From the NCBI RefSeq assembly GCF_037042905.1, contig NC_087251.1:24368001-24432000 (forward strand): DNA of 64,000 nucleotides, in the 5' to 3' direction. The stretch comes from Lytechinus pictus (lineage: Eukaryota). Below are positions 1 through 15,200 of the stretch, in pieces. A program made the translations under genes and the position numbers. The notes beneath the pieces were generated by a model, which saw nothing but the letters and a program-made list of their open reading frames with translations, was not told the DNA's origin and made no database searches. Each line of letters starts with the position of its first letter. The stretch's first letter is position 1.

Positions 1-735
1 ACACAGCGAAGCGACCAAGCTTGTCATTTGGGCACTTTTTGGAGTTTTAAAAGTGAAATACGAAGGCTTTCGTGCACACTTTTGGTGAATTTTGTGATAA
101 TTTTCAATAGAAAAATAAGTTTTTTAAAATTTAGGGGTCATCATGCCCCCGTATTGTCGTTGCGAGCATTTTGGGGCCAGGGTGAAATCGCCCCAAACGC
201 CTCAAACAGACACTCCAAAATGTATTTGAAGTGCATTATTAGAACTGAAACTTATCTCTACACCAGGAAAAATTAACTTAAAAAAAAGCAACAAGAAATA
301 TTTATAAAAAGTAGAAGGGCCTGTACAAGTACACTGATATTTCACTCTCTCAGCTCATATGCACTTGATCGACTTCCATCGAGGATTCGGGCTAAATTCC
401 GCCCGCCACTTCCGGGGACCAACCAACGTAGTATTTCGATGAAGAGCACTCCGTCGATTCACCGGTTGTCCCTACAGTACACGCGCGCCTATGGGGGTTG
501 TGAACTGTAGGAAAAATCGTATAAAATTACACTTTTTGATATTTCTACGAAGACGAAGTTATATAGAAAATGAAGAATATTACAATCAGACCATATCCCT
601 AGAAAATTGCCTCAAGAAATGTCATTATGAAGAGGAAATGGACAAAAATTTGTGAAGAAAAATCACGAAAAAGGAAATCGCATCATGAATATTCATATCA
701 TGGGCGGTCCCACATTTGCATGTTATAGCGAGTTT

Positions 736-1500
736 TCCATTATTTAATAAATAATGGCATTATTTAATAAATAATGGCATTATTTAATAAATAATGGCAT
801 TATTTAATAAATAATGGCAAACTGTAAAAATTGTTTATAAATAATGATTATTTATAAATAATGGGATATTGAAACAAAATTATTATTTATAAATAATGAA
901 GTAGATATTTCATTATTTAACAAATAATCTTTATTTATAAATAATGGAAAACTCGAACATTAAATAATGATTATTTATAAATAATGAAGTAGACGTTTTC
1001 ATTATTTAACAAATAATCATTATTTATAAATAATGGAAAACTCAACAAATTATTTATAAATAATGAAAAACAAATAATCATTATTTATAAATAATGAAAA
1101 ACAAATAATCATTATTTGTAAATAATGAAAAACAAATAATCATTATTTATAAATAATGAAAAACAAATAATCATTATTTATAAATAATGAAAAACAAATA
1201 ATCATTATTTATAAATAATGAAAAACAAATAATCATTATTTGTAAATAATGAAAAACAAGTAATCATTATTTATAAATAATGAAAAACAAATAATCATTA
1301 TTTATAAATAATGAAAAACAAATAATCATTATTTATAAATAATGGAATGTCGAACTATTATTATTTACAAATAATGAAGTATTACTTGGAATTATATATA
1401 AATAATTAGAAATGATATTTTATATAATAGTAGTTATTTACAAATAAAATGTAAATTATATATAAATAATAGTTATTATTTAATAAATAATGATTATATA
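736..1500. repeat. AT-rich minisatellite of palindromic units (20-bp units ~740-820; 31-bp units ~1050-1345)
   Basis: 4 x ttatttaataaataatggca; ~9 x ttatttataaataatgaaaaacaaataatca; degenerate copies on both flanks. Confidence 0.92.
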
Positions 1501-2329
1501 ACAAATAATTGTTCTATATAATATTGGTACATTCGGCGCCTCATAGAGAAGTGAATGTCTATATCTGTTTGTGCTAATGATGAAAAACTCCACATGAAAT
1601 AGATTTTACATACTTTGGACAATTTATATCTTATGATTTGATAGAGATTATATCAACTTACCAAATGCAGATATGCCACGTATGATCGATAAAAAATCCT
1701 CTAGAATTTGTCCTCTTGAAACAAAAAGGGTGGCTATATTGGCCAAAATATTATGTAAGGATTTTTTAAAATCATTAACCGGAAAGTGTCGTTCCGGTAA
1801 AATAAAAATGACCATCTAAAGACACACCCAATGTTGTCTGTTATTTTCATCACAGGCTTCATAGGTACATGAATACCGGTAGTGTAACAAAACAAAACTA
1901 ATTAACTTTGACGAGTGACAGGAGGAGATGTTACAGATCTTCAATGTGAATACCATTTCTTGGATTGTAACCGACCCCTCCCTCTTCATCACAGTTGGCT
2001 AAACCAAATGGATGCAATAACTGACAAGGTTAAAGAAAGAGACTTCACTGATTTTTCCGCATCACAAAATGTTTGACGGCGCGTGATGGAGTTGGACAAG
2101 GCCTAGGTGACTGTACTCTGTTCAGTTGGATACTGTCTCTGATGCAGAAAGATGATCTGGACTATGTAACAGTGATGACCAATGCAACAGAAGGTAGAGC
2201 TAGGGTGGTTCTTTTATACCTACCCCCAAATCACTGATCAGGAATTATACATATCAATAATAAGTTTATTCAGGTGTTGTATACACCACATCACTTAATC
2301 ATTTAATATCTCTATGTTGTTCCAAATTA

Positions 2330-2520
2330 CTCTGGCTTTAGCTCAGCAAGTCCCTTTACAGCACACAAGCATTAGAAAAATCCTGTCAAGTTCCCATTTA
2401 CCTCACCTAGGTCAACAAATGTAGGTTAATGTCTTGCTAAAGGATATCAGTGCCAAGGCGCGAATTTGAACCTGGTACCTTGTAGTTCAAAGACTTATCT
2501 GCTAGAGCACAGCACCTCGG
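2330..2520 (-). mobile_element. tRNA-derived SINE fragment
   Basis: Minus strand shows B-box-like ggttcaaattc followed by tcctttagcaagacatt...gacctaggtgaggtaaatgggaac, a SINE body also seen at 19881-19960. Confidence 0.6.
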
Positions 2521-3032
2521 AACTAGATTGGAAATTGACAGATATATTGCAAGTGTGAAAGTGAAGTCGTTGAACTAAAAAGGCTGCAATAAGAAAATGT
2601 CTGTAACAAAGTTGGACTAGGCACTTATAAAATTAAAGAAATTTGCAAGGATGTCTACATGGTTGTTGGGAATATGTAATGTGAAAGCAACTTACAAGCA
2701 ACTTTGATATTAAGAAAGGAAAATGTATACGGCCTAAACAGAACAGTTGTTACGGGCTATATAGCATAATCACCAAGAACTTTGTCTGGATCAAGTATGC
2801 TATATGCACCATTATCAGGTATTTCTTATTCCAGAACACGTTCTCGCAACAGGTATTTTTGTAATCATCAGGTATGATAATCTCTTACGAAACTTGAAGT
2901 AGATACAGTCCATGACTTGCTCACTGCTATGCCGGTCAAGGATTCTGAAGTGAGGGAAAGAAGGCAAGAAAGTTTGTGACCTATCTTCAAATTCTGTGAT
3001 ATATTATCCTGGAGATTAAACTTGGTCTCAAT

Positions 3033-3511
3033 AGGTGGTTTCAAACCGCCTCGATCACAAGAATCCCCGTTAAATTACGAGAACATTTTTAGGCTAAAAA
3101 ATACCCATTTATTATTCCTGCATTCAGACCGCCCCGAAACATGCACTTCGGGATAAATTCCTGAAGTTAGGAGCATGCGCAGTATGGTCTAATAAGCAGG
3201 CAAGGCGCGAGATTCAAAATCACTAGCCCAGCAGCAACCCATGCACGGCGCCGCACCCAACGACACGCTGGGCTAAAAGTTCCCGTAATTTGCTTTCAGA
3301 CCGCCAAAATACCTGCGACCTTGGAAAAATCCCCGCGAAAGTTCTCGTAATTTCGCCAAGTACCTACTATTTATCGGGTATTTTCTTTTGGGGATATTAC
3401 GCGTAGTTTGCTTTCAGACCGCCAAAATACCTGGTATTTTCTGATCGGGGTAAATTTCCCGATCAGAGAATACCTGGAACTGGCGAGCTTCGAGGCGGTC
3501 TGAAACCACCT
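3033..3511. mobile_element. MITE with 22-bp TIRs (PIF/Harbinger-like)
   Basis: aggtggtttcaaaccgcctcga ... tcgaggcggtctgaaaccacct (1 mismatch), flanked by AAT/AAT (alternatively TA). Internal repeats of ttcagaccgcc; CpG-rich relative to flanks. Confidence 0.9.
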
Positions 3512-4445
3512 AATTATTCAAGTTTGGACTCTAGTGGGAGGGAAGTTACTTTCCTCATAAAATCACATAATCCTCCTCTCCAGTCTACTACTAGGGATCA
3601 TTTCTCCATTCAAAGAAATTGAATTTGCTCTTGTCAAATTCATACTTCATATTTATACCAGGGGTGGATCTAGGTTTTTTTCATGAAGGGGCAGTGGCTC
3701 CTATGAGAGTGGTATACAAAACACGATTAGTGGTCTTGGTATATCATATACAGCCTCTTAGAAGTCAAAGTGTGAGTAGATGTCAATCATAAAAAGGTGA
3801 TTGTACTCTATGTCACTAATTACGGCCAGGATGCAGGGTAGAGAGTAGACCACAGACAGGGTTGCCATTTCAGGTCTGACCCAATGAAATAAAATGTTTA
3901 CCTATACCAATTACATGTGCAGTTCAATTCCATTATCCCTTCCATTATGAATTTAGTCAATGGGGTTATGATGAAACTAGCAAGTAAAGAGGGAAAAAAT
4001 ATGAAAAGTATACAGCAGGCAAAGGCCACACATACACCCCCACAACATGCTGATATGAATTAATAGACAAAAATCAACAACACTTTAAAATGAAATTTCA
4101 TCCAAACTGGATGTAAAATAAGAAAGTTATAGCATTAAATATCTCTTATTTTCATGGTATTTTCTACACAGCACTGCTGAAATGCAAAAGAGAAAGTGGA
4201 GGACGTCACAAACTCAAAATATTTTCCCTAGATAAGTCTAGACATTGTATCATTTGTTTGTTGGGGTATAAAGTACACAGGTTGCAAGTAGAAATATGTG
4301 AGTGAATTATGATTTTGATCAATGCAAATTAAGATTTTTAAAGAGAAGTAGTTGCACATGTGGATAGCTAGTCAAGAGACCATCCCCTGGGGCTTTAAAC
4401 TACAACCAAGGGGGGGGGGGTGCCAAGAAAACTCATTATAATGAC

Positions 4446-4927
4446 TTAAGGGGCAGTTCACCATGATGATAAGTTGGTTTATGAAAGCAGAAAAAAATAA
4501 CGGAAAATATTGGAGAAGGTTTGATGAAAATTTATCAAAGAATAAGAGTGTTATAAATGTCAGAAATCATTAATTAGTTTGTGACATGATATGCAAGCAA
4601 CTTCCCCATATATCATGTGATATTAATTCCATAGATTTTAATTTTTAAATGGAACATGATATTATAGTGGGGGGTATTAAATGATGTGTCTTATGATATA
4701 CCAACCCTAAAAACAAAATCAATTTCAATATTTTTTAGAAAATTAAATTTTGGGGGGATACAGTCAACAACTTATGGAGCGGTTGCTCACCTGTGACATC
4801 ATAAAATCAAACTTTAAAGATCCATAACTCCATTATTTTATGATTTTTTTCTCAACAAACCTGACACCAATGTTTTTCTCTGATTTTCCTTTTAATTTTG
4901 AATAAGCAGAGTGAAATTCTCCTTTAA
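4446..4927. mobile_element. TTAA-flanked MITE (Kolobok-like termini)
   Basis: ttaaggggcagttcac ... gtgaaattctcctttaa; imperfect TIRs with TTAA at both ends. Confidence 0.65.
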
Positions 4928-6560
4928 GTCAATGGTATGCAAAGATTTAATTAAATAGACCTGTATATCAAGAGACGGGGCTATCAGGTACCAGCCAGTT
5001 AAAATTGATATCTGCTCACTCAATCCCCAAAGAATGTATCTATATTTGGATTTGATTAAAACAGGTTTCACTTTCGATTATGTACATCCATAAAATATAT
5101 TATGGATAGAGAGAATATAATCATCAATCAACTTTTTGCTGATTTCTCAATACACACCCAAAGGTCAAAGTTTAAATCTACCCTGCCCAAAAGTCAATGA
5201 ACCTTAGCTTAGCGCAGGTTTTCATTTCAGAACTGATATAGTAAAATCGAACTAAAATGATCAAATAACAATTGGGTGACTTGTCTTCACAAATCTTGAA
5301 TAAACAACATATGGGTTTCTTTATAACAGCATGCACTTGTTTTTTCACATTTAGCAGATTATACTGATAATGCAAGAAAGGACAAAGTAAAAAAAGTCTG
5401 GACTATGTTGAAACCTATCAGTGATGAATTATCAACTATAAAATTCTGTCAAACTGAATATATGTGAAACAATTTATTTATAAACATATGGATATACACA
5501 CACACCCCTTTCACATCTCATTCTCAATGATGAAATTGTGTCCATGACTTTGGGATTTAGATTGGAAATATTTTTTGTACTCTTTTAGACCTGAATCATC
5601 TCTTTGCCTGGCCAAAATGCAATTCCACATATAAATTTTGGTTGCCAAAATCTAGCTTTGGCTGGCTAAAAGCTAGAAGTACAAAAATGGGATGAGGTAG
5701 ATTTCAAAGTCATGAGATTATTCATCTATTCTGATCTTGAGTTTGAATTGTGTAGAATCATAAACAAATAAATCTGAATTTGAGAAGAGAAATTCTGAAA
5801 AGTTTTGACAGGATTCACACACCGTATTCAGATGGCTCATGTAGAATGTATCTTCTCAGTGAGTTTGGATTCTTTATTTATAATTCTACACAACCTGTAA
5901 ATGTAATAAAGGTTGCATGTTAACACACTTTGACTCTGATCAAACCATGTTGTAGCTCCATGGTCAAACCTATGTTAGGATGCTTTGTATCAGTCTTTAA
6001 GAAAACAGAATTTAGTTTTCAGATCGTGTTTGGACTTGACTGAGGAGTTTCAACGTTAAACCATCTATAGAGGTTAAATGTCAATGAAGGCAAAACACAT
6101 TAGCTTTCATATCTTCAATCATAATGTCATTTCCATATTACAATTATCTGTATTCCCTCATTTCACTCTCTTGTCCCAAGCCATATCCTCCTTTCAAAAC
6201 TATCCTCTCTGCAAAATGCCTACTTGAAGACTGGGATTAGGAAAGTCCTCTGAAATATGACAAAATATGTGGAGATAAAGCTGTCTATTTTTATTGCCCC
6301 AACGTGGAGGAACATCAAAATTTCAAAATATAATTGCAACTGAGATTGTACTTTCACCTTCACCTAAGTAGTTATTGTTTATTTCATAGTACAAGTGTAC
6401 TTCTATGGAATTCTTGGCAACATTTCTCTGGTACCCCACGCACAGTCCATGATGACACAGAAGCATCTCAATGATGGGGAAAAGAAATTCTGCAAGGGAG
6501 CTTTTGGCAAATAACATACTGGATTCACATTGGGCCCCTACGAATTTTATAATATTTTAA

Positions 6561-6947
6561 GGGCCATCTGCACCAGCCCGAGTTTTCAAATTCGCGCTAT
6601 TTCTGATCCGGCAAATTAAGCGGATCTGAACAATCTCGAGATTATTTGTAATGGAGACGCAATTATCGCGCTAGTTCGTAGGATTAATCTCGAGATTGCA
6701 ATTCCAAGTCAACTTGGGATTATTTGCAAAATAGGGTGCTATTTTATGAATTATCCTGCTAATTCGCAGGTGCAGACGCACTCAGGATTATTTATTCACG
6801 GCGTCAGACCATAATGCATTCGAGCTGGAATCACTCTTCTTGTGATGGTGGAGACAGGGTTTCTTGAATCTCGAGATTAATCGCGAAGAGGGCCGATCGG
6901 GCTAAAATCTCGAGATTCAGCAAACTTGAGCTGGTGCAGCACCGCCT
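6561..6947. mobile_element. MITE with imperfect TIRs
   Basis: gggccatctgcaccagcccgagttt ... aaacttgagctggtgcagcaccgcc, flanked by TAA/TTA-like trinucleotides. Internal aatctcgagatt palindromes. Confidence 0.7.
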
Positions 6948-9900
6948 TTAGACTTGAACCGAATCATCCGTTGACTGATCTCAAACTACTGATCAGTCCA
7001 GCTCACATCTTGTTAAACCCTATCAGATTATCTCTAAGACAAGAAAAACTTCCTGCCAGACATGAGCGAATTACGGGACCATTACCAACACCACTTGGCC
7101 CTAATTGTTTTCACTGTGGTCTTATCTAAGGAAGCTAATTGAACTCTCTCTTGTAGAGTGCTATACAACTGTGTATAGATTCATACTTATCAGAGAGATT
7201 AAACCTCTTTAAGCCCTCTATCTCTATATCTTGATTTCAACAAACAAGAATGTGATTCCAACATTACATGCTGACTTAAATCACATCTGTCAGAGGATAA
7301 GAAGCAATGAGCACATTATGGGAGTAGAACTACAGAGGTATTGAATTTTGAAAATTGTCATCATGTTTTGGTGTTCAACAACCCTTATGAAATTTGGTTA
7401 CCTCTGTCAACATACATTTTATATCATCTGGTCAGAACGCTATTCATGAAATCAAGTGTTGTTATTTGCTAACCATACATTTGGGGGTTATTATAATCAT
7501 AAGGTCATTCGTAATACAGAATGAGAGATGCTAAAGTCATAATGGGAGAAGAGGGCCACTATTCATAATGGATGAAGAGAGTCGTCTGTTACGAATTGAG
7601 AAGAGGGTTGCTAGTCAAAAGTCATAATTGCAGAACCTCTTTGAGACCCATATTATCACAAATAGAAACCTGTCTCGTAGAACCATCTCTCTTTTTTAAA
7701 ATATGAATAGAAATTCTTATTAATGACCCTAATTAATGGAGGGTTTTTCCCCATTGCAAATAGTGGTCCTTATGAATAGCGGTCCCTATAATAAGTAAGT
7801 GAACCCAAGGCACTATAATAATGATTCTTTTCTAGATTCTCAAGTTCTTGGAGCGAAATTTTGGAAGTTCCTCCAGAGACGAGAAATGCTGGATGTTGAA
7901 AGAGTCTTGTTTTTGCCTAACTTTAACTTTATCTAACATTCAACAAACAGTGGGTTGATACCAGGTTGGAGGATGTTTGGTATATGTCTGCCTGGGTCTT
8001 ATCTTGGTAAGATAGGGATAATCCATTACTTCCCCCTGATCCAGCCTCACTGGTCTGGTCTGGGAGGATTATGACCTCTGCCTAACTCTATCGATGTTTC
8101 AAGGGCAAGATCAGACTTGTTTCTAATTCTTAACCAGACTGGATAAAATGTGAGTATACCGTGGGAAAATTGAGAAAAACAGACACTTTGATAGTCTTTG
8201 CAAGTTCAGTACAATGGTAATGACTGTTAAAAATATTTAGTCTCTGGAGAAAAATCAATAAAAATGATGGCTGATGAGTGATGGCCCAGAAAAATAAAAA
8301 CAACCAACTACAAAAAGAAATACTTATGTCTAATGCCAAATCAATAAGTTGCTTCACAATATACTTTGTTGATAACATTCACAAATTGTCAAAAAAGGTT
8401 CAGAAATTGAGTTTGCGCAATACTCCGAAGTATGCAGGCTTCAGAAGACTAGAATGGATTAGAAATCAAAATAAAAGAAATTCTCATGGAAATAAAGACA
8501 CAAATATTTGCACATAACCAATGGGTCACGTCACAGCTTTACCATAGCACAAGGGGAATCACCCATTCACATGGTTATTTATAACTGCTGAACAATTGAA
8601 TTGGAATTGACCCAAGGCTAAAGTTTGTTTGCAGACTTGATGCATGAAACAACCTCCAAGATTGCAACATGATTCTCCAACCAAATCATATTATCAAACC
8701 TCATTTCTTCTGGAATTTGTCAGTTTTATATATTTTATTTTTACTCAACAGCCAGCCATGCAGCTATCGTGGGAAAGTCCACTTTGAAAACTCCAATGAC
8801 TCAGGAGAGGCAGGATAGAACATGATTTGGCCTTGCTTGTGGTGTAAGCTTTATGAGATTCTGACCAGATAAACGTGTGGGAAAGTTGAGATATTTATTG
8901 GTCCTTGTGAGATAAAAGAGGCAAAAATAAGGCAATTTCGCCAATAAAATCTCAGAATGTATATGGACATTATTGAGCAATTTGATAAGGGTGAAATTAG
9001 TGGATAATGATGGAAATTACCCCATTGAGAAAGTGTGGGAACATCAGTGTAGAACATTGCCATTCTTCAAGACTTCTGGGAATAGCAGTTTGAATACAAT
9101 CATGGACCTATTACATGCCCATATTATGTATGTAGGTCTTCACCCTTCTACGCATCTATTCAACAAACAGCATGTGAAATGATAGGCCCTACATCTTAGT
9201 TTACAGTTTCTCAAATCCAAGTTACTCAATTCTCAATTTCTGAAGCACATTAATAGGCAAGGTGGATGGGGGGGGGGGGGGGGGGGTAAAGGATTCTAAA
9301 ATTTTGTACTTTACTTTCTTTACAGATGATATTTTCTCTAATTAATGTTCCAAATTGGGCAATAGTTTGCTTAAAATAATGACAAAAAAAAGGAGAGTGC
9401 TATCTATGACAAAAAAAAACAGAAGAGCACTGTCTATGTTAATAAAGAGAATAGTACTCTCTATGATAAGTACAATAATTTTCTCATAACTTCTTGGCTG
9501 TACCAGTGGAAATCTTGCAGATAATTAGGAACGGTAGCAAATCCAAAGAAAAAAAGGGTACCTTCTTGCTTTTTAGTGGATCAGGCTTGGAAAATGATTG
9601 TGATTGGTGTAAGGCTGATATAGAGATAGACCAAAAGCTTTGGTCTCTGTTATGTTGGTTGGTTCCGCTGAACTCTGTTGGCTCCACTCACCAAATACAG
9701 AGACCAAAGTTCTAGCTCGATCTGTACAGGGACTCAATGGCCATATGTTTATGTACTTAGTTCAAATAAAACGGGGAAGTGAAGTTGCGAGACAGCCGAA
9801 GTAAGTCACTGTTTTTCCCCCTTTTAAGTTTATTTTTCCCCGTTTTGGTGCATTTCAGGCCAAAACGGAATAATAATCTTTATTTTGGTAGTTCTTTTTA

Positions 9901-11719
9901 TATATTTTTATGAAATAAAGACAAAAATCGATGAGCCCCGTCGGGGGGATTTTGCATTGTTAACCCCCTAATGGTGGCTGCACGATAGCGAGCCGTCTGT
10001 GTACGAGGAAAAATTTAAAAAAAATAAAAATGTTAAAAAACTCCTCGAAACAGACGGCAGCCAGCTGTCTAATATAGAGAGTGAATTTGCTACACAATGA
10101 GCAGTGTGTAAATTTCAGACCCTTTACCATTGCAAATACTTAAAATTGTTAGAAAAATGAAAATGATATCGGTTCCACATATCCCTGAAACAATTTAGAT
10201 CTATTTGCTAGCATTATGTTAGACCTTTACTATTAGGCCAATGTCCAATCAGGTTGTAGTCTAATTCCTAACATTAATCACAATATCACAAAGCAGATAT
10301 TTTTAATTACTAGTGTTTAATGATGCATAGGCCTGTATTTCTTAATGCATTGGCCTATATCTTCTGAAGTTAAGAAGTGGAAGTGGAACAGTGAGTTCTA
10401 ATTTGTGCCAAGTGTCCTAACATCCAATCCACATCCTATAAGAATAACTGAGGTCTGGTGTGAGATCATGAAAATTGTAAAAGGTTCATGAAAAGACCCG
10501 ATGTCAAGCAACATCAATATAAAAGCAGAAAGCATCTTACCATTGTATATATGTAATAAATCTTCATCCCATCTCTAATACTTTTTTTTACCAAAGCAAG
10601 GTCGGAGGATGCACACAGACTGTAGTGATGTCAGATTGATACCAGTTGAACATATTCCACCACAAGAGGGAGGCATTGCATAGAGATAACTGATCATGAA
10701 GGGGTCAGGGTATGTGCCATAAAAATATCATTATTGATTTGATTGGCAAAGATGCTGTAATAGTGTCCTCATATTGCTAGTATTTGATTTCATAATATAA
10801 ATATTCAACATTGTACACAGATTTATTTCAGACATTACAAATTTTGGAAACTCATTTCAAAGACAAAAGATTTACCTCCATTAACTATGAAGGGGCAATT
10901 TTCCCCCACTAATTATGTGCATTCAGGCAAGAAAATCTTCAGTTATTGCAGATTTTAAATAGGATGAAATAAATGAGATCTTTAGGAGGCAGGAGTTAAC
11001 CATATTCTTTGATATTAACTTCTTACAAAGTGTCTACAGTGCTTTAGTAATATATTTAATTCTGAAAGGCAAAGTAACAGCAGGACTTATGAACTGTGCA
11101 GAAGTTTTTTTCTTCTTCTTCTGAGGAACAGGTTTAGCAAAATCTAAAGGTGTACCAGCTTTGACAGGTTTATTCATCAAAGACAAGCATAGAAATAAGT
11201 TGACGAAGCTCAAAACGAAACACTGTGTAGATTAACAGTACTATTAGATAGGAATAGGAGATTTGATGATAGAATGATGATTATATTTATCTATCAACAT
11301 GTGTCATTTTTAAAATATCTAATTGAGATGAATTTAAGGTGGCAAAGTCACAATTCAAAGAAAATCTGGTGCACAAGGCATTAAAAAAGGTAAGATAATG
11401 CTTGCATCATTGCATCATTTCTTTGAAATGTAATTACATATTATTTCAATGTTATATGAAAGAATTGTAGTTCTTTCCGTACAGCTAATATATCTATTCA
11501 TGGATAAATCCTATTTCTTTAAATCGTTCTTTCTTATTTGTAAGCAAAATGTCAATATTCAGCTGTCCGAATAAGTGCACAGGTACTTTTCTCAATCTAG
11601 ACCTCTTGCAGGTGTTTTATATAGATTATATGCTTGATTCAAGTTCACATGGCCAATTGGCTGAAACACCGTGATGACCATTCAGCTCATACACCTCAAT
11701 TCAAACCCTCTTCAAGCTT

Positions 11720-12200
11720 ACAGAGGGGTGAGGAGGGGGAGACCAAGAGCATTGGGATTCTAGGAGGGAACTTAGGGTAAGTACCTGGTAAGATGGTGGG
11801 GGGGGGGGTATGGGTTGACAAGTAGGGTGAAAGGGAAGGGGGTGATATTGAGGAATGAATGGTGGTAGGGCAAGAGAAATAGGGGGAGGGACAGGGAAAA
11901 AAGTACATGGCATGGGCATGTGTGAGAAAGAGAAAGAGAGAGAGAGAGAAGAAAGAGAATATGAGAGTGGTGGAAAAAGATGATAGAGAGAGCGATAGAG
12001 AGGAAAGAGAGTGTGGTAGAGAGGATAAGGCAGAGAAGACAGTAATACAGAGAACATGTAAGAGAGAGAGGGAGAGATAAGAGGGCAAAAGAGAGATAGA
12101 GACACATGGCCACATGGAGAGAAATAGAAACAGAGAAACACAGGTGAGCAAAGGGCAAAAATAAGGAAGACAGAACAATGTAACAGATGCAATTTGGTGC
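11720..12200. repeat. Purine-rich (GA) low-complexity tract
   Basis: Runs of gagaga/gaaaga; explains three overlapping Leu/Ser/Phe-rich minus-strand ORFs. Confidence 0.85.
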
Positions 12201-15200
12201 ATTAAAAACACATCTCAATGAGGAAATGCCAGAAACCAGATGATCTCCTGGGGAGACGCTGGAAGAAAATGAGATACTCTGAGATAAATAGAAGATGGAG
12301 ATTGGAGCAAAAAGAGAAGCCGAGGAGAAGAGGAAGCATAAGTGTGATCCCTCTTTCCGTTACGCTTCCTCCACCATTTCTGAGGATGAATGGCGCTGGA
12401 AAGCTTTAGAGAGTGTAGCCATCGATTATTGCAGCTAACAGGTGCATAAGAGTCTATTGGCGGATGCTTGAGTCTCTGGGTTTAGCACTGTGGAGAGACC
12501 CCCACTCGTCAACGTGCTTGCCATTTTACACTCCCGATCATGGGCAAATTTATATGAATGTGTATCACTGTAGCACATTATATTGTAAAATATTTTCTTC
12601 ATCACTTGATCAATAACATCATAATGATTAAAATTCTATTCTCTAAATCTGCATTGGAGGCTTTGGAGCTTCATTTTTTTTGCATATATAATAAAACACT
12701 TTAAAAAGAAATAAATTGCCTTCACACACATATTCCTACACTTTACACATGAAAAATTCCACAAGAAACATTTTATTCATGTATTTTTCATCATCAGGCA
12801 ATTGCAGGATATATTCTAGAGATAGAAATAATAGAATAGAATAGAACCACACAATTAAACACTTCAAAAAATGCAAATGTAAAAGACAAATAGACCACTT
12901 CCTAATAAATTGACGAGATCTACTCAATGAATTTTCATTTAAAACAAAATTAAGGAAAGATTCTAAATAAGAAAAAGAAGAATGATCTGCAAAAACAAAT
13001 TTTCCCAGTATGTTTTTATTTTCAGAATGACATGCAAAGTTACAGAAACTAAATGTTTAAAAAACAACCCTGATAAATATCATATTATCACATGAACAGT
13101 ATAACAAGCACTTACATGTATAACACTACTTTCTATCTTTGGATTTTATAGAATAAGCTGGTCGCTTGATTTTACTGAAATACTCAAAGTTTGAGTGATC
13201 ATGTATGTGCAAATGATTCCATTTATTCTGTTTAGTATCTTTACTTGCATCTCTATCTCAATTTGTTTCAGATACATTAATACTCTTACTAGTTCTCACC
13301 CACAAAATAAAAGTGCAGATCTTTATATATCAGAAAGAACAGGTGCAAAGATGGACTCAATAAAAGAGGATCCGAAAAACAGAGTTATTGGATTGTGTCA
13401 TTTCATTGACGTATGTTCTCTATTGTCCCATATTTCATTAATCCTTTATGAATGTGGGCGTGTACTATGTTTAACATTTACCAACACCGCTAGGTCATGG
13501 TAAGTGAGGTTCTCAAAATGTCATTGAGAGTTCTAAAGGTCATTTATGAGTATTACCTAACCGCAGTTACAATCCGAATCCAATGCTTTCTAAGCGTTCA
13601 ACCCTCAGCGTTAATTAAATCTAACCTTTCATGATAAACAATTCATTTTCCCCTGAATTCATATCTGTAAGGCATTCGGTATGAAATCCTCCGTAATTGG
13701 GAGATAAATTCATTTTCAGCTGGCAGTGACTGGATGAATGAAACATTTACAGCGCGGAGCAAAATAGTGAATGCGGAAAAGGTCAGAGTTCATTTTAATG
13801 ATGATGTGAATGGAGAGTTTTAGCATCAATTCTTCAAAGGGCAAATGAGATTGAAGACAGAGATAAACCAAACACTAGAGGATAAGAGCACACTAAAAAT
13901 AAGTCAAGGTTATATAATAAATAAGGCAATATATAAAGGGATGATGGGAAGGGTGTGAGGATGAAGCACTCAGTAAATGTGTTTCTTTTTATCCTTTTTT
14001 GAGGTTTTTAGTAAAACAGGACACAGGGCCATTAATATTATCCCAATGTAAATTTCACATTCATACATTAAAAAATCACAATAAGAACACAAATTCTTAA
14101 ATATTTGATTCTCAAAACATATTACCGTCCTCCAAATGACAAAACATCAAATAGTTCATACTTGCATTTTCCATCAACTTGACATTGTTTACATTCAATT
14201 TCATCCATTTTGAACAGAATGACCTTTATAAACAGATCATATTATGCTTGTTAGCTGCATGTTAAATGACATTCAAAGATATTCCTCTCCCTCGGTCACT
14301 ATTTGTCCAGCAAACAGATGGTCAGATAAGGAATGCATAGTTTGAATGGTAAGCTGGTGGTCAGAGAGTAGTTTAACATCTGCATTAGATATGTAAATGA
14401 CAGTGTGATATAATCAAACTATGCCCCTGGGACAGTGGTCAATAAGTGTCATACCATTATGGCATAGTATGGCATATGCTAAAAGGGAAGTAAATAAATT
14501 GAATTTTCCTAACCCATCTGACCTCTCTTATGCTTAAACATACATTACAGATGTAATAATTGTTTAGAAATAACATTTTTTTTTTAAGACTACCCTTTTC
14601 AGTTTTAGTTTAATGAATTTTCCATGATTATATTTTTTACCTTATTTTCACTCAGAATAGAGAATAAAGAAACTGCATGTTTGTACATGCATGGCTGCCA
14701 AATGTACACATTTCCATGAGGTGTGCTTTGTGTACATCTTCATCCGTCAAATCAAATATATACCATTTCATCACTCAATTTAGGCCATTTAGAAATGTGG
14801 GTCAGAGGAGACATAACCCAATAGCCAAAAGTCAAGTCGATATTACGTCCAAAGCAGCAAAGTCAATTTAAGTATGTGCCGTTGCCATGTGCAGCGTTTG
14901 CTTGACATAAAAACCCATATAATGGTAATCTCTGACCCAGTGATACCTATCTACACTCTCTTGTTGTAACTGGGCTAATGTAGCATCGCTTCAAAAGCTC
15001 AAACTCCGCCTTCTCGTTCTGCTCTTCTTCATAAAGGACTGTCTTGTTTTATCTCCATGTAGGTCCTCGTTAAATCAATTGGGCTGAAAATAAATAAAGG
15101 CTTGTCAATGTCTAGCGGTCAGTAGCCTTTCTGATAAACAATAACTGCAAGGGCAAAGGGTTCCTGGAAAGGTGCGGCTTAAGTGAGAGGAAGAAATAAA

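Noticed and set aside
736..1345. CRISPR-like array of palindromic repeats
   Set aside because: Spacers are identical, there are no cas genes and the context is eukaryotic; it is a minisatellite.
2170..2242. C/D box snoRNA (GTGATGA...CTGA)
   Set aside because: No terminal stem outside the boxes and no recognisable rRNA guide; likely chance.
9716..10140. CpG-richer block that may be a transposon fragment
   Set aside because: No paired termini or coding motif could be defined; the same applies to 1-560.
11696..12218. Three overlapping 148-171-aa ORFs
   Set aside because: Stop-free by-products of a GA/CT low-complexity tract.
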